DNA from: Nemertoderma westbladi | Lineage: Eukaryota > Animalia > Xenacoelomorpha | Length of the DNA stretch: 64,000 nucleotides | Assembly: GCA_032718475.1 (NCBI GenBank) | Contig: JAUCBJ010008653.1 | Span: 1 to 64,000, forward strand | Direction of reading: 5' to 3' | Part shown: in pieces, positions 25,561-37,717 of the stretch | Layout: each line of letters starts with the position of its first letter | How positions within the stretch are numbered: the first letter of the stretch is position 1 | Position numbers and translations under genes: made by a program | The notes under the pieces: generated by a model | What the model was told of the DNA's origin: nothing | Seen by the model: the letters and a program-made list of their open reading frames with translations, nothing else | Databases searched by the model: none

Positions 25561-26093
25561 AGGGTGTGAGAAGTCACTTAATCAGGTTCAATTACTTTGA
25601 AATTTTAACACAGTTATCAGTTTCTGCATCCACATAAATAAGTGGGTGTGTGTGCATTGTAAAATTTTGAATTTTTTTTTTCTTGACTTAAAAATTAAAC
25701 TTTCTAATGGCCATTAAATTACTGAACCGTTGATATTAAGTTCATAGCAGGAAATAAGCTTTTTACTTCTGGTGACTTGTTTTATATTTCATAAAAAGGC
25801 GCGATTTAAATAAATTTTTGTTAATAGTCAATTATTATAAATATCATTTTTGATTGGCTTTCGAACCATACATATTATTATTATATGGAAATTTATGATA
25901 CATTTACTACTTTATTGCCGACTTTTTTGACCTTCAATGACTTTACATTGTTAAGTAAGTATTACTGGTACCAATTTTATCATAATCTTCTTCTTCTTAT
26001 AGATAAATAATTCCAATAATTTCCGTTTGAATTTCCGTTTCAGTTTGCAAAATAATTTAGTATTTCCAGTTTTAGATTTAGGTTCCGGTATGA

Positions 26094-26330
<237 letters not shown>

Positions 26331-26396
26331 CTATACTTTCTCGGACTTACAGTTTAGGCCAACTGTATCATGTTAAACTCCAACGGGCGACGCAAT

Positions 26397-26402
26397 AATA
26401 AA
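26397..26402 (+). promoter_or_regulatory. Candidate PCNA polyadenylation signal AATAAA
   Basis: AATAAA ~66 nt after the stop codon, followed by T/GT-rich sequence. Confidence 0.55.
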
Positions 26403-27669
26403 GTCTATGCAATGAATCTGGTTATGTTTACCTTATTTTATTAATCTCATTGGTTGTTTATTTACTTGTTTATTTACTCTGTATAAAACTGCTGTATTAT
26501 TTTTCCATCCGTTGACGAATTTTTGTTCATTTAATAATAAATAACGAAAATAATAATATTATATTTTAGTCGAAACTTTTGACGTATTACTATGGGGGGG
26601 GGGGGGGGGTTATGTTAAATATTATATATTTAAGGGCACTTGTATGTGATAAAAATAAATAAATAAATTTTGCCGAACGGACGGACAGATTGTCTGATAA
26701 ACAGACAGACTGACAGTCTGGAGTTCATCAAACGTTAAAACTGACCTCGGAAATGCAATCACCACCCCGGAAAACCCCGATATCGAAAATTTTAGTTAAG
26801 AAGTAATCCTTAATTTTTGAATATGATTTGAATTATCCCTCCATTTAACAACAAATGGCGGGGAAGGTTGAAAACTTTAAATGGCTTTATCTCAGAATTT
26901 TATTTTTCGTTTTTATTTTTCACTCATGTGCCTGTTTCTCTGGAACTACTGGACCAAATTGCATGAAGATTTCAGTACATGTTATTTTACCTGGAACACG
27001 ATTTAGACATGTAGGTTAGAAATTGCAAAAGTTACATCACAAAAAACTACCGAAATACGTGTTTTTTTAATTTTGAAAAAAATGACATTTTTCATTTTGA
27101 AAATTTCTGGTGACCAAATTGACGTTTTTATTTTTTTGGTTCCCCATTTGAGACGCTAAATTAATTCCCTTATAACTTTCAAGCCGTTCTATTGAACCAA
27201 TCCCTGCTACATAAGCTTAATAATCCAATCTATTGACATACACGTGCCCTTAACTATATATGTTTCTCTTTATGGAATTTTTTAATAAATATCTGTTAAA
27301 ATCTGTTTAAATAAAATCGCAAAGTCGTGGAATTTTTTTCAATATTCGCCACATATTACCCCTAAACTACTACTCACTAATACATCCATATATTCTGTAT
27401 GGTTTTTAACATTATGGGGAAACACCTACGACAAATATAATATACAACCGATTAGGGTAAAAATAAATAAAGTAGTACGTTCTATCACGTTTATTCACTA
27501 CCAAGGGCATTCAAATCCAATATACAAATCACTAGAAATATTACCGATAGAACAACAAACTGTATAAATAGAAATAGCAAAAAATTACGACTGATGACTT
27601 AAAATATTATATTATATATATCATATTATATATCTGCCTATTGTTTGTTGTCTGGTTTTCGACAGGACT

Positions 27670-28586
27670 ATGTCTTCTGCTACCCGTAATAAAGAGAAAG
27701 GCACTAAGAATGATTGGACAAATGAAACAGTATGTTGCACGGAATGTAAACTAATATGGACTGTATTCGCTATGTTAAGTCTTCAAACACCGTCGACTCA
27801 TTAAAACGAGGAAATTTTCTATGTGGAGTGTGCAGCGCCGACCTGATCTCTAAACTTAGCGAAGAAATTGCCCAACTTCGGGGAAAAACAACCAATATTG
27901 AAGATCGATTAAACAACGATGATGAAACTTCGCAGGTGGACCCAGATAGCAATGAACATGAACCGATGGGTACAGGTACATGGGCTGTTATGGCTTCGCG
28001 TCGAGGTAAACGGACAGGGGTTTCAATTCCGGCATCCACGGCCAATATAGCTCATGAAGTCCGGGAGGAAGTCCGCCGTCAATCAGACCGGAAAGGTAAT
28101 CTCGTCGTTTCGGGAATGGAATTTCACTCAGGTGCAGGTGGTTCAAACGAGAATGACACGGCTGCAATTATAGAACTGGCGCTCGATATCGGAGTAAATC
28201 TTTCTCCCGATAATCTTAAAGTAAGACGTATCGGGGGAGACAAGAGAAAGATTCGAGGAACAAAAAATAGTGATTCAAGTCAACCTACATCCGAGGATAC
28301 TTCAGCTCCAAAAAAGATAATCGTGACTCTCAGTGCAGAGAAAAGACGCCAGTTACTTCGTGCATCAAAGGATCTGCGTGATTCATCGCGTTTTGGCTCA
28401 GTGTATATCAACCCAGACTACACTCCGGCCGAAGCGTCAGCTCAATATGAATTACGCGTTCAACTAAGGAAAATGCGCTTAGAGCAGCCAAACAAACGTT
28501 GGGTAATCAGGCGCAACGGAGTGGTTGAGTTAAAAGGAAATACAGACGCGGCTGAGAACCATGATGTTGTGGAACAAGTCGATTGA
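27670..28586 (+). CDS. LINE ORF1 (N-terminal Cys zinc finger, coiled coil, RRM-like region), one frameshift near 27760-27790
   Basis: MSSATRNK...WTNETVCCTECKLIW continues in the other frame to FLCGVC; then RKGNLVVSGM, VRRIG, VYINPDYTP motifs typical of LINE ORF1. Confidence 0.75.
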
Positions 28587-28716
28587 CTACCATCTGCAGC
28601 AAACATCGATACAGTCATAAATGCAAGTAGTCCGCCAATAATAAGTAAACAAACTCACACCCCGATGCATAAACTGCTGAGTGTTTCCGCTAGATTGCGA
28701 ACTGTTAACATGCCTT

Positions 28717-29660
28717 CTCCGGTTAACCCGCTGGTCTCTGTGTCTTCTTCGGGTAACCGGCTGGTCTCTGTATCTGCTCCAGTTAACCCGCTGGTCTCTG
28801 TGTCTGCTCCAGTTAACCCGCTGGTCTCTGTGTCTGCTCCAGTTAACCCGCTGGTCACTGTGTCTGCTCAAGTTAACCCGCTGGTCTCTGTGTCCGCTCC
28901 AGTTAATCCGCTGGTCTCTGTGTCTGCTCCAGTTAACCCGCTGGTCTCTGTGTCTGCTCAAGTTAACCCGCTGGTCTCTGTGTCTGCTCCAGTTAACCCG
29001 CTGGTCTCTGTGTCTGCTCCAGTTAACCCGCTGGTCTTTGTGTCTGCTCCAGTTAACCTGCTGGTCTCTGGGTCTGCTCCAGTTAACCCGCTGGTCTTTG
29101 TGTCTGCTCCAGTTAATCCGCTGGTCACTGTGTCTGCTCCAGTTAACCCGCTGGTCTTTGTGTCTGCTCCAGTTAACCCGCTGGTCTCTGTGTCTGCTCC
29201 AGTTAACCTGCTGGTCTCTGTGTCTGCTCCAGTTAACCCGCTGGTCACTGTCTGCTCCAGTTAACCCGCTGGTCTCTGTGTCTGCTCCAGTTAACCCGCT
29301 GGTCTATGTGTCTGCTCCAGTTAACCCGCTGGTCTCTGTGTCTGCTCCAGTTAACCCGCTGGTCTCTGTGTCTGCTCCAGTTAACCCGCTGGTCTCTGTG
29401 TCTGCTCCAGTTAATCCGCTGGTCTCTGTGTCTGCTCCAGTTAAACCGCTGGTCACTGTGTCTGCTCCAGTTAACCCGCTGGTCTCTGTGTCTGCTCCAG
29501 TTAAACCGCTGGTCACTGTGTCTGCTCCAGTTAACCCGCTGGTCTCTGTGTCTGCTCCAGTTAACCCGCTGGTCTCTGTGTCTGCTCCAGTTAACCCGCT
29601 GGTCTCTGTGTCTGCTCCAGTTAACCCGCTGGTCTCTGTGTCTGCTCCTGTGAATACACT
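28717..29660 (+). repeat. 30-bp tandem repeat (~31 units) at the start of LINE ORF2
   Basis: Unit GTGTCTGCTCCAGTTAACCCGCTGGTCTCT encoding VSAPVNPLVS; a 2-bp deletion near 29250 shifts the frame. Confidence 0.95.
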
Positions 29661-32411
29661 GGTTTCTGCAGCTGCGTCTGAAACAGTCTCAGCTACTGTG
29701 CCTCCCAGTGCACCTGTCACGAAGGACTTAATCAATATATGCGTATTAAATGCTCAATCTGTCAACAACAAGGCAGCTTTTATTAAGGACTATATGGTGG
29801 ACAACAAGATTGATATTATGGCAATAACAGAATCGTGGTTAAAAGGAACTGCAGATGACAATAAGGTGGTTGGTGAAATATGTCCCAGGGGTTACACACT
29901 ACGAGACGAGCCAAGAACCCGATCTAGGGGTGGAGGCGTGGCCTGCATATATAGATTATGTCTGAAATTGAAACGCTGTCCGTGTGATCTAGTATACGCC
30001 AGCTTTGAGTACATTGAGTTCACAATGACACACAGTTACACACTTACTCGGATCATCATCATATATCGTACATATCCCTCCCGTGAAAATGGGCTTACAG
30101 CTAATTTATTCTTTGAACAATTTGCTGACTTCATGCAACATACAATTACAAAACCGGGAGTAATTGCTATTGTTGGGGATTTTAATTTCCATGTTGACGT
30201 TTCGTCTGATATGGACGCTATAGAATTTAATAATATCCTTAGTTGTTTTGGTCTAGTTCAGTTAGTTAACGGGCCGACCCATAGACACGGCCATACGTTG
30301 GATTTAGTAGTTACACATAATGATGAGTCTCACATGTACAAGAATGTGTATGCTCGGGACATTGGCCTGTCCGACCACTACGCAGTTCATTTCAATCTGA
30401 ATCTTTCGAAGCCTGTGGTGACCACAGAATCTTTCACATATAGAAATATTAAAAATATCAAGTTAGATGATTTCACAAATGATTTGCGCAATTCTTTGTG
30501 TTGCCAGCCACAATATAGTAACAATATTGACGATGTTGTGCAACTATATAATGATACCCTTACAACCATCATGGATATACATGCCCCGGAGAAATGTAAG
30601 ACTGTACGTACAGAAATCAAGGCTGCCTGGTATAGTGAGGACATAGCTAAGGAAAAGAGGAAGCGCCGGCGGTTGGAACGGAAATACCATAAAACTAGAC
30701 TTACAGTGGATTGTATTGCTTTTAGAACTCAGTGCAAAGTGGTTTCAGATGCTATTGTTTTTGCAAAGGAATCCTACTATGGGGATATAATTAGAAATAA
30801 TTCAGGTAACCAAAAGATGCTATATTCTGTAATCAATAAACTATTATATCGCAAGAAGAATTGTCTACCGGAACGAGAATCTGATGAGGAGTTAGCTAAC
30901 GTATTCGGAGATTATTTCGACAAAAAGATTGAAGGTATACGGAGAGATATATTACACCCTCAACAAGGCTCTCGGCCATTGATTGGGCCCACTGTTCTGA
31001 CCGAAGTAAACGCCCAATCGATTGGGCCGGTTGCTCATACGGAAACAATTCCTATACTAGTTCGTCCGACATTGGCGGGAATGGCGACACCGACGGAAAC
31101 GAAATCTCACCCTATTGGACTGGGTGACCCGGCGGCTTTTAACACCCCAACGGTTACGGATCAAGGATTTAGCTCTTTCCGTGAAATTTCCACTGAGGAG
31201 ACGAAGGAACTTATAAATAACTCGAAATCTAAAACGAGTCCGCGCGACCCGATGCCGACGAGCTTGGTCAAGCTGTCCATCAATCTGCTGCTGCCTCTTA
31301 TTACCTGTATTATTAATATGTCATTGTCTATGGGTACAGTTCCATCTCTGTTTAAGGAGGCAGTGTTAACACCAGTCCTTAAGAAGATAAAATTGGACCC
31401 AGAAATTCTTAAAAACTTCAGGCCGGTCTCCAACTTGCTTTACATTTCGAAATTAATAGAAAAGGTCGTCGCAAACCAGCTGATTCAATATATGAATCTT
31501 CACAACCTACATGAGCCGATGCAAAGCGCATACAGGCACCACCACGGAACAGAAACAGCACTTCTTTCAGTAAATGATTCTATTCTCCGCAGCATCGACT
31601 CAGGTTCAGCAGTGCTAGTTGTTCTCTTGGATTTATCTGCAGCGTTCGACACGGTTGAACATGAGAAACTCTTAGAAATTCTTAAGTCTGATATAGGGAT
31701 AACTGGAAATGCACTTAAATGGTTCAAATCATATTTGTCTGATCGTAAACAGCAAGTTCGTGTTGGTAGTCATTATTCTACATACAGAGACCTAAAGTAT
31801 GGATTGCCACAAGGTTCTGTGCTCGGGCCGCTACTATTTACAATTTATACACGCTCTTTATCTGCTGTAATAAAAAAGCATGGTTTATCATACCATCTGT
31901 ATGCTGATGATACTCAAATATATATCAGTTTCAAATCTGTAAATATTGATTCAGCAGTTCAGGTGACTGAGGATTGCCTAAATGATATTCAGAAATGGAT
32001 GTACACATATATGCTCAAGATGAACTCCGAGAAAACCGAAGTGCTGCTACTGCAGTCGCGATTTGGCACATCAGTTGACAACCCACAAATACGTATTGGT
32101 AACGACGTGGTGGGCTGCAGCACCGATGCCCGCAATATCGGCTTTACTATGGATCATTATATGACGTTCAGTAAACAAATATCTCTAACTGTTCGCAGTG
32201 CGTTTTTCCACATCCGAAATCTATCAAAAATACGGCGGTGTTTAGCAAAACATGACCTCGAAACGCTAATCCACGCATTTATCACCAGCTCTTTAGACAA
32301 TAGCAATTCGTTATATTATGGATTGCCAGACAAATATATTAACAAACTACAATATGTCCAGAACTCTGCGGCGCGCCTACTAACAGGCACAAAGAAACGA
32401 GAACATATTAA
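29250..32411 (+). CDS. LINE ORF2, part 1: APE endonuclease and reverse transcriptase
   Basis: LNAQS, ITESWL, GGGVA, VGDFN, TLDLV, SDHYAV; NFRPVSNL, QSAYR, LLDLSAAFDTV, GLPQGSVLGPLLF, LYADDTQ. Confidence 0.92.
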
Positions 32412-33966
32412 CCCTATTAAACCCGGGGGGGGGGTCAATATGACCACTCCCGTGGTTTTTTTATTATAATTCTGAAACAAACGCAGTTGGGAATCTGAAA
32501 TTTTATGACTTTTCCTAAAAATCTATTGTCTTCCTAGTAGTGAAAACCGTTTTCAAAAATATTGGGTACTTTTCGAGTTATAGCACCATTTTTTAACCCT
32601 ACTTTTGGCACTTTTTTTGAGACGTTTTTTGAAAATTACATTTCATTAAATATGAATTGTAACATCTCTATTTTTGATTTACACCGGTTTTCTGGTGTTA
32701 GAAATTTGATGGAATTCATATAAATTGATTTAGAAATTTCAAACTTGTTTTTTTCGGTGGGTGCCAAATTTTGGTGCCAGCACCAAATTTTGAATTATGT
32801 CAATTTTGTAAATTGATTGTTTGAAACTTGTTTTTTACGCAATTGGGGTTTTTTGGGGTTCTGGATTCGATGAAATAAATACGAGTTGCACCAAGCGTAT
32901 CAAACTTGTATTTTTCGGTGCTGTGTGCAAATTTTGGTGCTAGCACGAAATTTTGAAAATTCATTCGATAGATAAAATTGCTTGTGACAATTTATTTCTT
33001 GCGTTTTAGAGGTTTATGGCTGTTCTGAATTCAATGGAATAAATAATTATCGAACTAGACATCTCAAACTTCTATTTTTCGGATGTGGGTGCAAAATGTG
33101 GTGCTAGCACCAAATTTTGAAAACCATCAAATATATCAATTGATTGTGTCACCTTGTTTCTTGCGTTATACGGGTTTGTGATGGTTCTGAATTCAATGGA
33201 ATCAGTAAAAATTTCATAAGAGTTCTCAAACTGGTATTTTTCGCCAGTGGGTGAAAATTGTTGTGCCAGCACCAAATTTTGGAAAATATGCAAATTTATC
33301 AGTAGATAGTATCACCTTGTTTCTTGTGTTATACGGGTTTATGAGGGTCCTGAATCCGATGGAATCCATAAAAACAGCGCTGGACATCGCAAACTTGTAC
33401 TTTTTGGTGATGGGTACGAAATTTGGTGCTAGCACCAAAATTTGCCAAATTACGCCGAAAAATACAAGTATCAATGATCTGGCTTATTAGAAATGTATTC
33501 CATTAGAATCAGCGCTCTCGAAAACCTGAAAATGTGAATTTATAGCATCGTATAAGTGAATTAAAAATTTTGTGTTCTACCTGAAAAGTGCTGGTTACTT
33601 GTTTTTTTCATTTTTTTCCTACGCAGAGAGGACTAAACGGCCATTTATAGTAATAATATCATTTTTAAATATTTTCCAATGTAATTTGCACCCCAGAAAA
33701 CCTGTATTGAAAAATAATTAGCCGAAAATGTAACTTTCAAATTTTGTGAAAATTGTGCACTACTTGTAATTTTGGTGCTGCAATATAACCACCCCAGTAC
33801 ATTTTTTCGAAAATTTTTTTTTTCGGTCGGATCCAGACAAGTGATACCTACGCACAAACAAAAAATCAGGCGTTTTCGTAAATATTTGTAGATTTTAGAG
33901 GGGGGGGGGTTAATATGACCCTCTCCCGGTATTTGTACAGCATTTTATAGCCCGGTACTAATAGGG
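32412..33966. mobile_element. Non-autonomous piggyBac-type element (TTAA TSD)
   Basis: TTAA|CCCTATTAAACCCGGG ... CCCGGTACTAATAGGG|TTAA; subterminal G8-TCAATATGACC motifs; internal ~180-bp degenerate tandem repeats. Confidence 0.9.
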
Positions 33967-33970
33967 TTAA

Positions 33971-34310
33971 ACCTGTGCTCAAATATCTCCACTGGTTGCC
34001 TGTATTGCGACGCATTGACTTTAAGATTGTACTTCTAGTATATAAGTGTATCAATGGCTACGCTCCGAGCTATTTAAAGAATTTGCTGACCCGGTACATT
34101 CCTCATCGTTCTCTGCGTTCAGGTGATGATGAACTAACTCTGGTTGCGCCTCGTTATCGGCTAGAAAGTTACGGGAGGCGGGCTTTCTCAGTTGCCGGGC
34201 CCCGTTTATGGAACGCTCTCCCTTATTCGGTCCGCAGTGCACACACCGTGGAATTGTTTAAGTCGCGGCTGAAAACACACTACTTTTCGTTAGAATACGT
34301 AATTAACTAA
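33971..34310 (+). CDS. LINE ORF2, part 2 (C-terminus)
   Basis: Removing the insertion plus one TTAA gives ...REHIKPVLKYLHWLPV... in frame. Confidence 0.9.
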
Positions 34311-34730
34311 TTGTGTACGCGTACCTGCGCCTTGATTTATTGCCCTTAAAAGGCGCGTTATAAATAAATTATTATTATTATTATTATTACTTTAAATTTC
34401 CCAACTGCTGCAAAACGCGATGTCATTCAATTTGAATTATTTTAAAAGCAATTATTCTTCTCCCGAATTGTTTTCGTTTTCGAAGAATATATTACTGTAT
34501 CTTATTTGTATTTTATGTTTTAAATTTTCACAAATCTGATCTTTAGCTGTTTAATTGATATTGACCATTTTGAATCACTCCAAAAAATGTGTGTGTCGCA
34601 ACAATCACGAATAATCGCTATGTAATAATAACGTCATTAAGAAACTACTGTAGTTAGTTATTTAGTTTTATTGTATATAGTATTATATACTCGGTTGGTT
34701 TAATCTTCCCTATGATTTCTCCCTACTCAC

Positions 34731-34863
34731 CTGGAGGATGGCAACTGTACACCCCTTTAGTGTCGTTGCACCTAGTCTTAGCATCTTTAACATTTTCACA
34801 CAAATTAGATATTCGCGTCACTTCTTCGCCGCCGGGTTTTTCTTCCACTTTGCCGACTTGTTT
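34731..34863 (-). other. Candidate orphan coding exon of an unidentified gene
   Basis: tttttatag| 133 nt |gtgagt; only one frame is open (KQVGKVEEKPGGEEVTRISNLCENVKDAKTRCNDTKGVYSCHPP); GC-richer than flanks; no homology recognised. Confidence 0.3.
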
Positions 34864-36668
34864 CTATAAAAAGTAGTAAGCGATTGTATTTTAAGCCAGG
34901 AATAATAAATAATGGTTAAAAGGAATAAAGGGATTTTTCCCGGTCACTTGCACTCTTAGTCTTTTTTTAAGCAGCATGACATCTGAATGTGCAGCAGAAA
35001 TGTAGCGTATAGCAGGTCGATTATTAGAAGTAGTAGTAGTACAAATATGGATTTACACCCCTGCTATGGGTATTTATTAATACCGTCAATAATGAAGTTT
35101 GAATGAACAATGACAATGTTAGTAATCATCTACTGTACGCATCGGAATGGTGGCTGAACCCTGCCAATTAATATAAAATTTGTATTTGCGTCGGTATTTA
35201 ATTTTTCCCGATATTTTGTGGACGTCCAATAATTATTTTTTGGAAATCCAATATTTTTTTTTTTATAGTTCTGAAAAAGTAAACTATTACCGAAACCTAC
35301 CGAAAAATCTGCGAAGGTTATCGAAAAGGAAAAAGCAGGGGCGAAAGCTATCCATTTACTGATAGGGGGCATATTTCGAACTTTCAGCGTCCGATATCAT
35401 TCATAAACAAAAAAAGATATAAAGCTTACGATCATTGATACTAATGTATTTATCATTGCCGTTTAATTTCAAATAAACTTTCGCGAAATATACATTCACC
35501 GGTACACCACAGCAGTAGTAAGGATTGTTGTACTACTGAACTGTACATTGCTAGGCTTAATTAAGGCTACTGCCTACTGGGGTAGTAGTACTGGGGTCCC
35601 TCCCTACACTGCTATCATCAGACTCAGACCGGCTACCGTCTGACCGCGGATCGAAGCCTAGCACAGCCTAGCATTAAGGACTTAAGAATGGCTTACTGTA
35701 CAAACTGAGTACTATACTGGTATGTAATCAAGAGACGCGGTGCGTCGACTACAGGTGAGGCCTCCTACAGGTTTTACTATCGCCGTTATCAGTAGGAACA
35801 GTACAGGAAGCTATAATATTTTGTGTATGGTTTGGTAATTCTGAAGTTATATGGGGTTTCGAGGTCGCTGATTACTTTAAAATTAGTTAAAAAATATTTC
35901 TGGTAATGCAAACATCACTTTTGGTTTCATTCTGGTGCCCCAGAACGAAACAAGTTGCAAAAATGTCAAACTGTTAATAATTTGATAATTTGATAATTCT
36001 GAGTTTGATAATTCTGAAGCTATACTGGTTTCAAGGTCACTGATCACGATATAACTCGATAAAACTCATTCGTGGTAACGCAACTAACGTTTTTAGTGCT
36101 TGTCTGTTGGAACGAAAACTACAAGTCATAAATTTTCAAATGGCAAAAATTGAATTTGGTTGAATAAAACGAAATTTTTAAGTGTCATATGCGTGATCAT
36201 CAACCTAGAAAATCCCTAATTTCATAAAATCAGATTGATTTTATATTATTAAATTTGCATTACTTGTATTTTTCGTTCCACATTGACTTGTATCCAAAAA
36301 TGCCCTAAACAGAAAGATACGATATACAGTATAGTATTTATTTTCATATTCGTAACAGCACCCAAAACCCCATATACAGTACAGTAGTAATAAAATCAAT
36401 TTGATTTCGTGATGATTTTTCATTATCACATACGCGCTCTACTTGTTTTTTCGTGATGGCACCACGAAAAAAGGTGGCACATCCAAAATGACCAAAAATT
36501 ATCTCGAATGTATTATTTTAGTTCTATAATCGTGATCAGCAGCCTAAAAACCGCTTTATACAGCAAATAAATTAATTTTAGTTAGCCATAAAAGCTTTTG
36601 TAAATTTTATCATGAAAAATACTGGTTTTAAAATAAAATAAAAATACTAGACAATAAAATGAAAATAC

Positions 36669-36731
36669 TAGTTTTCGAGCACTGGTCCCTTTATATGGCA
36701 CCCACATAAAGGGACCAGTGCTCGAAAACTA
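36669..36731. repeat. Perfect 26-bp inverted repeat with 11-nt loop
   Basis: TAGTTTTCGAGCACTGGTCCCTTTAT-ATGGCACCCAC-ATAAAGGGACCAGTGCTCGAAAACTA. Confidence 0.95.
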
Positions 36732-37717
36732 ACATAGATATATAAATGGCGTTTACTCTGTTTTCCATATTAAATTTTAGGAAAAGATACGAAATCTCGG
36801 TTTTCCCAACCTATCTTTTTCGCGTCATTTTGATTGCCTGTGCCAGGCTTATATGAAATTCATTAACTCTAATAAATTAATAATCTGAAAAGTCCCGGGC
36901 ACAGTGCGCAAAAAACCTGAATAACAGAAAGTTAAAATTAATTAAGTTACGGTGATTTTTAATGACGAATAAACACAAAATCGCCACTCACTATGCTTTT
37001 AGAGGGGGCCAGTTTCCCAGAATTTAATTCAGAGTTGGCACCAGGTAGACCTGTTGACACTATGCATTGTGAGGACCCGACAAACCCCGAAGTTAAACCA
37101 CTTGACTTGCCTTAGGACCAACCCCGTAATTGATTGCAAGGGGTAAGCGGTATGCGGAGCGGAAAGGTCAACGTAGTACCAACCAGACAGAGTGATATGC
37201 AGCATCACAACTGTATTCTCTCGCCGACCGACAGACACCCAACAGACAGCCAAGTGGAGCCAGTCAGTGTATCACGAGCCTAAAATGGATTCGGGTTATG
37301 GTCATGGTGACAGTAGGCAAAACGAGGGATAAACCCGACGGACTACCAACGGATTTTCGATAGCCCAATGACCGACTTATGACGGACACCGACTGACCGG
37401 ACAGACAGTATCAAACGTAGTTCTGGGGGGTTAACATCTAAATAATTATTCAGACTAATAATTTGTACTATAGGCTTATTATAAAACTCATTTATTATAT
37501 TGTGTATTATTCTATTTATATTGGCGTATTGGGGAGTCCCATATAATATTTGTAATCAGTGTTAAAATCGGTAAAAGAACTAGATCAGTTAGAATAAAAT
37601 TGATGATTCAACCCAACTCGTTCTTTTTAAATTTTGCCTGCATTAATCCAACAGCTCCCCGATTCAATATCCAGTGACTAGTCGTGTTTAGAGATCCACA
37701 ACCCTCTCAAACTTACA

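Larger units (their letters stand above)
27670..34390 (+). mobile_element. Near-full-length L2/CR1-group LINE (ORF1 plus ORF2 EN-RT) with (ATT)n tail, interrupted by a TTAA element
   Basis: ORF1, APE endonuclease, RT, C-terminus LHWLPV...RSLRS...RAFSVAGPRLWNALP...FKSRLKT, short 3'UTR ending AATAAA(TTA)n. Confidence 0.93.

Noticed and set aside
28587-29735. Minus-strand and alternate-frame ORFs (TGADTETSGL, LLQLTRWSLC, RHRDQRVNWS)
   Set aside because: Alternative readings of the 30-bp repeat; the LLQLTRWSLC start of the 1262-aa ORF results from a 2-bp deletion
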